This document shows positions 27,423 to 37,322 of a stretch of DNA of 64,000 bases, one piece after another (the first letter of the stretch is position 1; the number at the start of each line of letters is the position of its first letter). A program made the position numbers and the translations under genes. The stretch is from a virus. Below the pieces are notes generated by a model. It did not search any database and was not told the origin of the DNA. It saw only the letters and a list, made by a program, of their open reading frames with translations. Where the stretch lies: IMG/VR virus record IMGVR_UViG_3300021335_000004. One strand, given 5' to 3'.

Positions 27423-27433
27423 ACATAATATTT

Positions 27434-27646
27434 TTACTTTCGTTTTTTACTCTGAGCACTAGACTTTCCTGCTGCGCTTAGTGCGATTGCTACAGCCTGC
27501 CTACGGCGAGCCTTGCTTGTAGATTCGCCAGTGCGCTTTGCTAGTGTGCTAATAGATTTTGAACGAGTTTTAGAAGGGCTCTTTTTAATTAGCTCACGAA
27601 TATTAGTAGAAATTGTTTTTTGAGATTTACCACGTTTTAAAGGCAT
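27434..27646 (-). CDS. small basic protein
   Basis: MPLKRGKSQKTIS.NIREL...QAVAIALS.AGKS; 21 of 70 residues are K/R. Confidence 0.75.
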   Translation of the reverse strand: MPLKRGKSQKTISTNIRELIKKSPSKTRSKSISTLAKRTGESTSKARRRQAVAIALSAAGKSSAQSKKRK

Positions 27647-28321
27647 TTAGCAATCCTCTGTTTTTATTTCTACAATCATTTCTTTTGTATCTTCTTCGTC
27701 AGACTCATTCATACCAGCAAGTTCACGAATTTTCGCTACATGTGTTGCCTCAACGTAAGCATGCTCTTCACGAAGACCCATCATACCTGCTAAAAACATT
27801 ATTTCATCTGCTATGTTTTCTGCCATTTGAACATCTGAAACATTAGCTTGATCATTTTCAATAGCCATCTTTTCCATATAGAAGAGTACGTCTTGTAATT
27901 TTGCAGTACGCTCTGCGACATCCATAGAATCTGAATCTATCTGACTTTCAATAGATTTATAAAGTGTTTCAGCACTAGGACAAATATCAAAATGTTTTGT
28001 GGTATAAGATCCGACTTCTATACCTCCATCTTCGTTTACAACTTCAAACCTCATATCATCATTTTTTACAGAGAATAGAGATTTTGGCGGTGCTACTAAG
28101 TCAGTATTATCACGAGTTTCTTCAATATCTGACGAATACATAAGATAATCTCTAGCAGAATTTAAATAGGCTGAAGAAACGGCAAGTTTATTAGTCCACC
28201 AAGTTGGAAGCTCAGCTTCGCCGTCTTGTGGAAGTGTTCTCATAATATCTCCTACATCTTCCATAATGGTTCTACACATTCTACGAGAAGATGCTACATC
28301 TGTATGTCCGTCTTTTTTCAT
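27647..28321 (-). CDS. acidic hypothetical protein, possible internal virion protein
   Basis: ELPTWWTNKLAVSSAYLNSARDYL motif; strongly acidic; ATGA coupling. Confidence 0.65.
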   Translation of the reverse strand: MKKDGHTDVASSRRMCRTIMEDVGDIMRTLPQDGEAELPTWWTNKLAVSSAYLNSARDYLMYSSDIEETRDNTDLVAPPKSLFSVKNDDMRFEVVNEDGGIEVGSYTTKHFDICPSAETLYKSIESQIDSDSMDVAERTAKLQDVLFYMEKMAIENDQANVSDVQMAENIADEIMFLAGMMGLREEHAYVEATHVAKIRELAGMNESDEEDTKEMIVEIKTEDC

Positions 28322-28515
28322 TTTTTCCTCTTTCTAAATCCAATTGGTTTGGAATATTTAATTGGCCATCCACTATTACGAGACTTTGTAATAAAGGTTT
28401 CAAGTTCTTTTTCAGTTAAAACACCTGACGTAGCTTTACGACGTATTCTTTCATTTCTAGGAATACGTGGTGCTGTCGGTCTAACAAAAGTAAATTTTCC
28501 AACTTTCTTTTTCAT
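28318..28515 (-). CDS. small basic protein
   Basis: 21 of 65 residues are K/R; ATG 5 nt after a perfect TATAAT. Confidence 0.7.
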   Translation of the reverse strand: MKKKVGKFTFVRPTAPRIPRNERIRRKATSGVLTEKELETFITKSRNSGWPIKYSKPIGFRKRKK

Positions 28516-28520
28516 GCTTT

Positions 28521-28549
28521 ATTATAACTTTTATCTTAGTAGTGCGCAA
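28521..28549 (-). promoter_or_regulatory. sigma70-type promoter, probably leaderless transcript
   Basis: TTGCGC-17 nt-TATAAT-aaagc-ATG. Confidence 0.7.
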
Positions 28550-28559
28550 ATATTAATTT

Positions 28560-29864
28560 TTAAACTTTCAACACACATTCTACTAGTTTTTCCTCTGAAT
28601 TACTGTTAGATTCTAAAGCAACTCCTACTAACATACCTTTACCTTCTGCTTTAGCAACTCCTGACGAGCTTGTAAAAATTCTAGAACCCTTAGTAACTTC
28701 ACCTATAATTCTAATTGGCAGACGTCCTTTAAGACCAATATATTGACCTTCTGTATCTGCGTTCATTTTAAAGGCAGGATTTTCAGAAATAACACCAATA
28801 GCGCATCCTCCTTCACTACAAGCCTCTGTCTCAAATTTATTAGAAGTAGAAACCATCATCACTGTTCCAATAGAATACTCTTCATCAGTAGTATATTTCT
28901 CAGCCAAGTCAGCATATTTGGCAGTAGTTGCTAATCCAAAAAATTCACCACTAGCATACATATTTCTAAACTGATTACCAGTAGCCCCAACATCAATTGT
29001 TGCAGTAGTTGGAAGTAAATTAACAGCAAAATCAACACTATTAGAGTCAATGCTCATACGTTTAGTACCACCAGTAGTAAATCCTATATCATCTGTTCCT
29101 TCACGGAAAATACCAGTATCAGTATCATCTTCAAAAGTTATAGAAGGGGCTGCTTGAGTACCATCTTGAAATTGGGCTCCGTCTAATTGTAAAAAACCAC
29201 CAGTAGCATTTAGAGAAATATGATCTACAGAAGTACCAATTAGCACTGCATTTGAAAAATAACCATCTCTGTATCTATATGTCCAGTCTCCAAAATCAAC
29301 AGTAGCATCTGTAATAGGTTCTACTTTTGCATCAAGAGCTAAATGATGAGGCTTAACCGACCCTGGATAAGGGATACCTACATCAATAAATCCAGTTTGT
29401 GCTGCTCCGTTTGATACTTTCATATATAAACGGTTATTAGAAGAAGCTCCTAGTCCAGACTCAGAAACTCTTCTTATACTAGTCTGAGTTGTGTCTGAAG
29501 AATTTACTACAGCAACTAGTTCTCCAATTTCATAATCTCTCATGTCCATAGTAGAAAGTTGAGTAGTAAAACTTGTTGCTATTCCATATCTAGTAAAATT
29601 GTTTCCCGGCCATAATCCCGTTCCTCCAGAAGGAGGTTTAGCGTGATTTGTATCCTTTATATATAATCTACCATTTATAGAATCTCTCCAAAAAACCCCA
29701 TTAGGGATAGTTCCTGTTGACCCTTCATCGTTAAAATCAGTTCCTAACGGTTGTTCTTGCCCATAAAAATTTCTACTAATTGCTCTTAAACTAGAATTAA
29801 AGTCATTCCTTGAAAGAGCAATTGTTCTAGAAAAAGCAGGCAATAAAAATTGTTCATTTGACAT
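28560..29864 (-). CDS. tail fibre/spike protein with a C-terminal chaperone-like domain
   Basis: GTQAAPSITF..DTDTGIF fibre motif; AKYADLAEKY...GTV...IGVIS.NPA..MN...LKGR.P...VGVALE autocleaving-chaperone-like C-terminus; last gene of the tail-tip block. Confidence 0.75.
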   Translation of the reverse strand: MSNEQFLLPAFSRTIALSRNDFNSSLRAISRNFYGQEQPLGTDFNDEGSTGTIPNGVFWRDSINGRLYIKDTNHAKPPSGGTGLWPGNNFTRYGIATSFTTQLSTMDMRDYEIGELVAVVNSSDTTQTSIRRVSESGLGASSNNRLYMKVSNGAAQTGFIDVGIPYPGSVKPHHLALDAKVEPITDATVDFGDWTYRYRDGYFSNAVLIGTSVDHISLNATGGFLQLDGAQFQDGTQAAPSITFEDDTDTGIFREGTDDIGFTTGGTKRMSIDSNSVDFAVNLLPTTATIDVGATGNQFRNMYASGEFFGLATTAKYADLAEKYTTDEEYSIGTVMMVSTSNKFETEACSEGGCAIGVISENPAFKMNADTEGQYIGLKGRLPIRIIGEVTKGSRIFTSSSGVAKAEGKGMLVGVALESNSNSEEKLVECVLKV

Positions 29865-29879
29865 TTATTTTCTCCTTAA

Positions 29880-32800
29880 TTATATTCCTCTAGCTTCAAA
29901 TTGTATATCCTGACCAGTAACAGTACTTCCTGTTTCGTCATATACACTTACATTACAGCTTGTTGTTGTTATATCTCTCATCATTATTGTATAAGATCCT
30001 GCTGGTGCATTTATCATTTGCCCATTAACAAATGGAACTCCTAAAAACTCAGCGCTACTATAATCTATATTCCAGTTTTCACCATCTACACCTACATCCC
30101 TAATAAATAATTTATCTTTAAGATCCACACTATATCTAAACTTATCTAAGTTAAAACTACCGATTGACGGATCAAAATTTTCTACATTATATCTAATTTG
30201 AAAAAACTGAAATTCTTTATCAAAGCCGCCTACTGTTAGATAACCATCTTTGGTAGCAGTGTTAGCACTAAACGTGCTAATATTTACGTTTCCATTAGCA
30301 TAAAAAGGATTAGATACAGCATATCTTATTTGTACGTTCTGATTAATAATACTCGGATCTATACCTACAAAAGTAGATTCTAAGTCATCTCTGTACTGCC
30401 CTAAATTAACTAATTGATAAGTAGCCCCAGAATCTGAAGTAGCTGTAGTTAGATTAGGCAAGGCATTAGTTACTGAATAGTTAGCCCCTATTTCATGAGC
30501 TAATTTACCAGCACTATCTTTAATAGGATTACCATTAGCAAAATATGCTTGTCCTAAAGAAAGAGCATTTGCATTAGCAATTCCCGATATTAAAGCGTAA
30601 GAATTCGTATTTGAAATGTCTCCTGTAAATTGCCCCGGATTCCACACAGCATAAACTGACCCTCTAAAGTTAGCTGCTGTAATAGTAGAAACTAAATCTA
30701 AAGCATCAGTACCAGTTCTAGAAGTAATAGTATTATTAATTAGACTATCATATATAACAGTAGACTCTCCAGAATCTAATACTCCGTGCGGAGATTCTAC
30801 TTGAAAATATGTTCCTACACCATTAGCACTAGGACTACCTATAGTACCACTTATATTTCTATCAACTAATATAGTACTATCATTAGATACTTCTGTGGAG
30901 CTGGTGTTTACGATCTCATATTCACTATGCCAAGATCTAGTACCGAAAGGCTGACCTGAAGTATCAAGAATTACTTTTCCTTTAATGATAGAGCCTACAT
31001 CTCTAATCTGAGTTACATATGAAGCATTTGCAGAGGCTTGTAAATCAGTCACATCTGAAACAGTTGCCCAACCAGAAGCAAAACCGTTCGATAAATCAAT
31101 TAAAGTAGCTCCTGGAGCAGAAGTACCTCCTGTTAAAGTATTTTGGCTTGGAAAATTACCATGTTGAAGTTCTTCGGATTCATTATTATTAGTAATACTT
31201 TGTCCTCTATAATTAACTGCAAAATCTAGATCTGGATTATCCTCACTAAAAGCTAGAAAAGTATGTAAGTCTGCTGGTCTAGCAGGTGTAAACACTGTCG
31301 CTACAATACTACTTTTATTACCACTAGTATCGATTGCTTGAGCCATATAAGTAGAAGTACCAAATGTAGGAATCGGTATACTAGCAGAGCTAGAAGGTGA
31401 AGAAACAGAAACAAGAATAGCTCCTGCACCAAATTCTTGTAAAACTATTTCTGGGCTACTTACATCAATAGATTTTCCTACGCGTCTAATTTCAATTTTT
31501 TCTAAATCTAAGTCTCTTAAACTTCCTGAAACATCTCGTTGTAGCTGCCACGAAAATACTAATTGATCTAATAACTGACCTACTTGAAACTCTCTTACTG
31601 GTAGAGGAGGAGTTCTTTTACCAGGTAAAGAGGTAAATACTTCTACAGGTTCTCCTCTAATACTACCATTTAAAGGAGTTACTTTTACTAAAATTCTATT
31701 TGGATTATTTCTTGGACCTCTATCTAAATTATTAATAGTAAAACTTATTTTTTCTATACCTGCTTCTGTAGATGTAGTATTATTTGGTACTTTCACTACA
31801 TTAAAATTAGTTAAATTAATAATAGTATTATTATCACCTTCTAAAGTAGTTCTTGTAGAGCCTGCCAGTTTATAAGCTATTTCATAATCGGTCACATCTC
31901 TAAAATTAATCTTATCAAATTTAACTGTTACTCTTAAACTAACTCCTCTAAGTACGTCGATATATAAGGAATCGTCAACAACTAGATTTTGTACTCTAGG
32001 AATAGGAATATTTCTAATAAATACTGATTGAGTATTATATTCACTTCTTCTTCTAGCTGTATTTATATTTCTAGCACGTACTAAAGTTAACCCAATCGGA
32101 TTATCTTTTATTATTCTCTGACCGGTTGAACCGAAAAAAAGATCTTCAAAATCTGCGGTGCTACTTAAAGAGTATCCACCGGTATTAGCCAAGTTAAAGT
32201 AACCAGGATACGTAGTAGCTTCGTAACCAAAACTTACAGTTCCTTTCTTACTACCTGCAACAGCAACTACATTAGAAATAGTTCCCAAAGGATCTTCTGT
32301 TATATTAGTAGCCGTTCTTCCAGATAAAATAGCTCTTGGAGCTTCTGAAAGTTTGACTCGATAAATTGAGTTTGCTGTTAAAGCAGCATTGTAACTTGGA
32401 TCAGTAGGATCATAGCTTACATTAGCTATAGAATAAGTATTACCCGAAAGAATTGATATATTATCGCCTTTTTCTATTAAAGGCTCACTATAATGATCAA
32501 CCTCTGTTCTAATCTTATTTGCTGAGATAGCCGCTCCTGGTGTTCTAAAAGCATCTAAGTTTACTGTTACATACTTAGTATTAGGTATGTGTGTAAAAGA
32601 ACTATCTTCTACCCCATCAATAAATACTTTAATAAAACTTGAATCTTTAGGCACAACACCAAGTGGTTGGTTAAAGGCTGCAGAGCTTATAGTAGAAACT
32701 GAATTTTCTTTAATTACTTTTCTTTTATTTCCTCTTATGTAAACTGAATTATTAGCTGCTAAGTTTACCTCTACTAATTGTGAAATACTAACATAAAAAG

Positions 32801-33239
32801 GAGGATCAGGAAGTTTGTCTATTAAAGATCCTGTACCACTCGTATCATTATTAATTTCAACAAAACCAAGAGTAGTATTATAATTAACTATTTCTGAAGT
32901 ATATTGAGTAACTTTTGGTCTAAAGGCTGAAAATTTTTCAACAAACGAATCTGTTAGTTTTTCATTTATTGGAAAAGCTAAGAAGTCTTCTCCTTTTAAT
33001 CTGTCAGGAAATAAATTAACATCATTTACTTCTAGTACGTGTTTATGAAAATTTTCATCAAAACAATTATCAAGAGAATTAATCGTAAATCTAACATTAC
33101 TATTTACTATTTCAAAAGAATCACAAAGTAATCTAATATCTCCAACAGTAGTTGTAAAACCATTTTTACCAAACAAAACAGCAGTTTCTGTGTTTGAAAA
33201 AGGTTCAATATTTGCAACTGTAAAATTTAAAATGGTCAT
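29880..33239 (-). CDS. large tail-tip/central fibre protein with FnIII-like domains (gpJ C-terminal-like)
   Basis: GKRTPPLPV..F......LVFSW...DL..IEIR, GTSTYMAQAIDTSGN FnIII patterns; TAATG-coupled to the gpJ-like gene. Confidence 0.7.
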   Translation of the reverse strand: MTILNFTVANIEPFSNTETAVLFGKNGFTTTVGDIRLLCDSFEIVNSNVRFTINSLDNCFDENFHKHVLEVNDVNLFPDRLKGEDFLAFPINEKLTDSFVEKFSAFRPKVTQYTSEIVNYNTTLGFVEINNDTSGTGSLIDKLPDPPFYVSISQLVEVNLAANNSVYIRGNKRKVIKENSVSTISSAAFNQPLGVVPKDSSFIKVFIDGVEDSSFTHIPNTKYVTVNLDAFRTPGAAISANKIRTEVDHYSEPLIEKGDNISILSGNTYSIANVSYDPTDPSYNAALTANSIYRVKLSEAPRAILSGRTATNITEDPLGTISNVVAVAGSKKGTVSFGYEATTYPGYFNLANTGGYSLSSTADFEDLFFGSTGQRIIKDNPIGLTLVRARNINTARRRSEYNTQSVFIRNIPIPRVQNLVVDDSLYIDVLRGVSLRVTVKFDKINFRDVTDYEIAYKLAGSTRTTLEGDNNTIINLTNFNVVKVPNNTTSTEAGIEKISFTINNLDRGPRNNPNRILVKVTPLNGSIRGEPVEVFTSLPGKRTPPLPVREFQVGQLLDQLVFSWQLQRDVSGSLRDLDLEKIEIRRVGKSIDVSSPEIVLQEFGAGAILVSVSSPSSSASIPIPTFGTSTYMAQAIDTSGNKSSIVATVFTPARPADLHTFLAFSEDNPDLDFAVNYRGQSITNNNESEELQHGNFPSQNTLTGGTSAPGATLIDLSNGFASGWATVSDVTDLQASANASYVTQIRDVGSIIKGKVILDTSGQPFGTRSWHSEYEIVNTSSTEVSNDSTILVDRNISGTIGSPSANGVGTYFQVESPHGVLDSGESTVIYDSLINNTITSRTGTDALDLVSTITAANFRGSVYAVWNPGQFTGDISNTNSYALISGIANANALSLGQAYFANGNPIKDSAGKLAHEIGANYSVTNALPNLTTATSDSGATYQLVNLGQYRDDLESTFVGIDPSIINQNVQIRYAVSNPFYANGNVNISTFSANTATKDGYLTVGGFDKEFQFFQIRYNVENFDPSIGSFNLDKFRYSVDLKDKLFIRDVGVDGENWNIDYSSAEFLGVPFVNGQMINAPAGSYTIMMRDITTTSCNVSVYDETGSTVTGQDIQFEARGI

Positions 33240-35791
33240 TAGTTTATACTTTCAATTTCTGAAAAACCATCAGGTCTGGCTAGTTGATACTCTGTAGCTA
33301 TTTGAATAGGGTAATCAGTAACGTCTGTTCCTTGTGATACTAAAAGGTCGTATCTTACTGTACCGTCTTGATTTTTTCTAACTACTAAATCTAAATCTAA
33401 ATCCGGAGTAGGCGGAGGCTTTCCTGGGCTAAATACTTGTTTATATGCAACTGGTTTATAAGATATTGTAGATTCAGAATCAATATACACATTAGATATA
33501 TATTCTACGGCGTCTATTTTAATAGTTTCAACACTATCTCTTTGCAGTTGTACTATTTTAAAAAGCTTGTCATTTGTTCCTCTATAGAAATTAGAAGGGT
33601 CAGTCTCGCCTAAACTCCAAATATCGCCTCTAGTTGGTTTATTAGTACTATCAAAACCAGAAAAATTATCAAAAGTTTTTGTAGAAGGATTAAATTGTTT
33701 AACTACAGTAAAATCAACAAAATCTAATCCACTACTTACATTTTGATTAGTTAATTCTGTTGACTGATAGCTTTGTCCGTTAGAATAAACTCCTTTATGT
33801 ATATTTTTAACATACGTTGTAGTGCCAGATTGAAAGTTAGTATTTGACAAAATATATAAATCTGTTTTATCTGTTTCAAACTTAGTAACTCTTAAAGCTA
33901 AAGGAAGAGTGTTACTGGTTATTGTATTATTTGTAAGAGCAGGGCTAGAAAAGTGCTCTATGTAAACATTAGAAGTGCTTATAGTACTATTTGATCTTAC
34001 TTTTCCACCATAACCCCACGCAAGACCTTGAGTTTGTTGCTGCACAGCGATAATATCTCCAGGGATTAAATCCAAAGCAGTTACATCAGTACCAAAAGCA
34101 ATAGACCTTCTTAAATATTTATTTACAGCAAGTAAATACTGACCATACCTAATAGCCTGACTTCTACGAGTAACTCCGTGTAAATCTATGGAAGTAATAT
34201 TTTCTACCATATTTCTTTCTCTTAGAGCTTTATCATCATCTAATTGTATACTTTCTCTTTTATAGTGATTAGATGGATTAATAAAAGTGACTTCAACCCC
34301 TGTTAGTTGAGCACTTTCCATAGTTCCTGAAATAGTAAAACTGTCTTTTAATATGTTAGTTTCATTAAAAATAACCGAAGGAATCTCTCCTGGTTTATCT
34401 ATGTTGATAGAAAGTCCTCTTGGGGTATAAACTAAAATAGCTCTTAATGTCGCACATATTTTCTCTAATAATTCAAATCCTTGACTCCTATCAGCTATAA
34501 TACCATCATATATAAAACGCCTTTCTAATACAGAGGTTCCTTCGCTTAATCCTTGTAATTTTTGACGAGGAGCCGAAAAATAGGTTCTTGGTTTATATCT
34601 ATAACTTCCGTCAGCTATTCCAGATACTCCTACAAACTGTCCAGTAACAGGGTCACAAGCATCACAATATTGAGCAATCTCATAAAACTTATATTTATCA
34701 ATATTTTCTTCGTTTATTCCAAGACCATAAGAATCATTAGTTAATAAATCATAGATAACCCAAACAGGATTTTGAGTCCACGAATAGACAAAAGTTCCAT
34801 CCCAAGCACCTCTGTAAATAACAGGGGTACTATATTTAATTGTGCTTCCAGTACTTGCTTGTCGATATCCTACGTAGCTATAAGAAAGATTACCACTGCT
34901 AGGCACCTCTACTTCTCTCCAATCAATTTCTCCATCTGATAAAGTAGGTTGATCATAATTAGAAGGTACTTTTACTAATAATCCCTTAATGACAGAAGTA
35001 AATCTAGGAATTTGTCCAGTATACTCATTATGCGCCTCTAAAGAATAACCAACTATAGCTGTTCTAGGATACGCTACAGGATCATTTTCTATTTCTGTCC
35101 AACCTAGTACTGCTATATTTTCTTGAGTTCTACTACTATCCGTATCATTACTGGTTTTTTCTATTGTAAATTTATAACCATTGCTATCAAAGTTTTTTAT
35201 AACGACATCAACATCTACTTTATATGCAACATTAGTTTTTCCAGATATTCTATAAGGTACGGGATCAGCAGCTAAAGTTAACCCATCACTTTTAAATACT
35301 GTAATTTTAAAAGTCACGCTATGGTCAAGAATATTACCGTCATCGTCCATTTTTTGTAGAGAATTAAGCAAAAACTTAAAACGTATTGCATCCCAAGCAA
35401 ATGAAGAAGTAGGCTGAAGCACTACTTTTGTAGCAGGAACACCTTCAAGATTACCTTTTTTAAGTACTATTGCACTGCCGAATTGTTGTACTTGTGTAGT
35501 TTCCTCACCAAAAAGAGGTAAAGCAGATTGATTTACGGTACCGTTTCTACTAACATATATGAACCTATCAGTAATCATAGTGCCATCATCATAATTAATA
35601 AAAGCGTCTGGACTAGATTCATTTATTTCTATATCAAAAACACCATTAGGATTAACTTTATAAACAGGTCCTTCACTGACACCAGTAGTAAGTAGCATTA
35701 AGTCTTGTGAAAACAGGTTATTATCAGCCTCAAAATTACCTCCTGAGCCTCCTTTACCTCCTTTATGTCCACTTACTTCAAATACTTTCAT
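33239..35791 (-). CDS. tip attachment / host specificity protein J-like
   Basis: GHKGGKGG start, SEGP, YPRTA, VKVPSNY, YRGAWDGTF..WTQNPVW..YDLLTN..YGLG, AQYCD, GVTRRSQA.R, PGDII. Confidence 0.9.
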   Translation of the reverse strand: MKVFEVSGHKGGKGGSGGNFEADNNLFSQDLMLLTTGVSEGPVYKVNPNGVFDIEINESSPDAFINYDDGTMITDRFIYVSRNGTVNQSALPLFGEETTQVQQFGSAIVLKKGNLEGVPATKVVLQPTSSFAWDAIRFKFLLNSLQKMDDDGNILDHSVTFKITVFKSDGLTLAADPVPYRISGKTNVAYKVDVDVVIKNFDSNGYKFTIEKTSNDTDSSRTQENIAVLGWTEIENDPVAYPRTAIVGYSLEAHNEYTGQIPRFTSVIKGLLVKVPSNYDQPTLSDGEIDWREVEVPSSGNLSYSYVGYRQASTGSTIKYSTPVIYRGAWDGTFVYSWTQNPVWVIYDLLTNDSYGLGINEENIDKYKFYEIAQYCDACDPVTGQFVGVSGIADGSYRYKPRTYFSAPRQKLQGLSEGTSVLERRFIYDGIIADRSQGFELLEKICATLRAILVYTPRGLSINIDKPGEIPSVIFNETNILKDSFTISGTMESAQLTGVEVTFINPSNHYKRESIQLDDDKALRERNMVENITSIDLHGVTRRSQAIRYGQYLLAVNKYLRRSIAFGTDVTALDLIPGDIIAVQQQTQGLAWGYGGKVRSNSTISTSNVYIEHFSSPALTNNTITSNTLPLALRVTKFETDKTDLYILSNTNFQSGTTTYVKNIHKGVYSNGQSYQSTELTNQNVSSGLDFVDFTVVKQFNPSTKTFDNFSGFDSTNKPTRGDIWSLGETDPSNFYRGTNDKLFKIVQLQRDSVETIKIDAVEYISNVYIDSESTISYKPVAYKQVFSPGKPPPTPDLDLDLVVRKNQDGTVRYDLLVSQGTDVTDYPIQIATEYQLARPDGFSEIESIN

Positions 35792-35805
35792 TTATTTCAC
35801 CTGTT

Positions 35806-36525
35806 TTAAAAGCTTAAGCCGGGGTATTTATTCTCAAAAATTCTTTTCATTATATATTCTGTGCTTCTCTCGGGGCCTTTGTCTATAGTTCTTACTTCTC
35901 CACTTAATAAATGTCCGGCTACTCTGTGTCTACCATATACTAAAGGAATAGGAGTTCCAGAATTTAGGGTGTGTTGTAAGGGGCCAAAAGCATCGTTTTG
36001 TCTAGCAGCAGCATCTCCTGAACCATCTGATTTTGGGGGTTTCATAATTTCCATCATCACAGCACCAATCATCATTGATACACCGACTGTCATTACAGCG
36101 GTGCCTAATGCGGTTGCGGTACCACCAGCGGCAACCGCTGTTCCGCTTACCGCTGCTCCCTCTACCATTGTCGCTCCTAATTGAGGAGCATAAATAGCTA
36201 CAGCAATAATTGCAGCAGCAACAAGGGCTGTTTCTAAACTAGATTTACTGCCTGCAATAATAGGGAGTAAACAAAGTTTTGCACTTTTAATCTTTTTAGA
36301 AAAATAGTCTTGAAAAGTTAGTATCTTATTATTAACTAAATCTACTATACTAAAATTATCTGTAATTTGCTTATTTTTAATCTGATTAATAACCGTCTTT
36401 AATTTAGGGAAAGTAGCTTCAAGAGCAGATATAAGTTGTCCATAAGTTGCTACATCAAAAGTTATTTCCCTAACTTCATCAGTATATTTTAACAAACTTT
36501 TATGAAAACGCATTTCTACTTTCAT
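35806..36525 (-). CDS. tail assembly protein I-like
   Basis: Ubiquitin-like N-terminus ending PIIAGS, hydrophobic Gly/Ala stretch, F....T...GTPIPLVYG...VAG.LLS. Confidence 0.85.
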   Translation of the reverse strand: MKVEMRFHKSLLKYTDEVREITFDVATYGQLISALEATFPKLKTVINQIKNKQITDNFSIVDLVNNKILTFQDYFSKKIKSAKLCLLPIIAGSKSSLETALVAAAIIAVAIYAPQLGATMVEGAAVSGTAVAAGGTATALGTAVMTVGVSMMIGAVMMEIMKPPKSDGSGDAAARQNDAFGPLQHTLNSGTPIPLVYGRHRVAGHLLSGEVRTIDKGPERSTEYIMKRIFENKYPGLSF

Positions 36526-36887
36526 TTTAACATATCTTCCTGTAACTTTTTAAACCTTGTACTTTGAATATCTTTATCATACCAATAAACAAAAACATTC
36601 TCTTCCCAACCTACTAAATAAGTATATTCTTCGTCTGCTATCTTTTTTCCATCTAAAATTGAAGGAGTAGGGGCTTCATCTGGGTGTGAATGAAAAAACC
36701 CCCAACAATCATCTTCATACTCTAACAAAGCTAAAGGGTCTAATATAAAATTATTTATTGGGTCTTTACTAATATTTTTACAAGGAATATATTTAAAATC
36801 TTTTGTGATAATACCACATGCTTCTTTTGGATACTCCTTAAAAGAGTGTTTTCTAAATTCTTCTTTTAGAAATTGAAGTTTTTCCAT
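36522..36887 (-). CDS. JAB/MPN metalloprotease (lambda gpK N-domain-like)
   Basis: YPKEACG, PCKN, FHSHPD...PS..D. Confidence 0.88.
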   Translation of the reverse strand: MEKLQFLKEEFRKHSFKEYPKEACGIITKDFKYIPCKNISKDPINNFILDPLALLEYEDDCWGFFHSHPDEAPTPSILDGKKIADEEYTYLVGWEENVFVYWYDKDIQSTRFKKLQEDMLK

Positions 36888-37300
36888 CTATATACCCCCA
36901 CTGTATATCTTTTGTACCATTTTCCATATGGCGCAATCCACGAAGTATGGTCTACCATAGTTTGTAGCATTTTATTATTACCAATATACAAAGCGCAATG
37001 ATTTGCTATATTTGAACTTCCTATATTCATTACTATTATATCAAAAGGTTGCAAAATGTCAACCTCTACAAAATTATTTTTTTCATTTTTGAAAAAATTT
37101 TCCATCACTCTTTCATGGGTTTTATTGTACCACGTTTCTTCTACAATATTACAATGATCCCAAGTATGTACTTTAAAATCTTCGCCAGTTTGATCAAAAA
37201 TTACTTTAGCGCATAAATTACCACAATCTATACCAACGGTTAAATCATTTCCTAAATGTCTGTACGGTATTCCTAAATAAGTAGTAATCCAATCAGGCAT
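36866..37300 (-). CDS. NlpC/P60 peptidase (lambda gpK C-domain-like)
   Basis: YLGIPY...G.....GIDC, QPFDII, NHCALYIG..KMLQ; likely ATG at 37300. Confidence 0.85.
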   Translation of the reverse strand: MPDWITTYLGIPYRHLGNDLTVGIDCGNLCAKVIFDQTGEDFKVHTWDHCNIVEETWYNKTHERVMENFFKNEKNNFVEVDILQPFDIIVMNIGSSNIANHCALYIGNNKMLQTMVDHTSWIAPYGKWYKRYTVGVYRWKNFNF

Positions 37301-37322
37301 ACTACGTAAAGCTTTTTCATAA

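Noticed and set aside
27219-27433. tRNA gene in the hairpin-rich gap
   Set aside because: Loops are 3 nt; there is no cloverleaf, T-loop GTTCRA context or acceptor stem.
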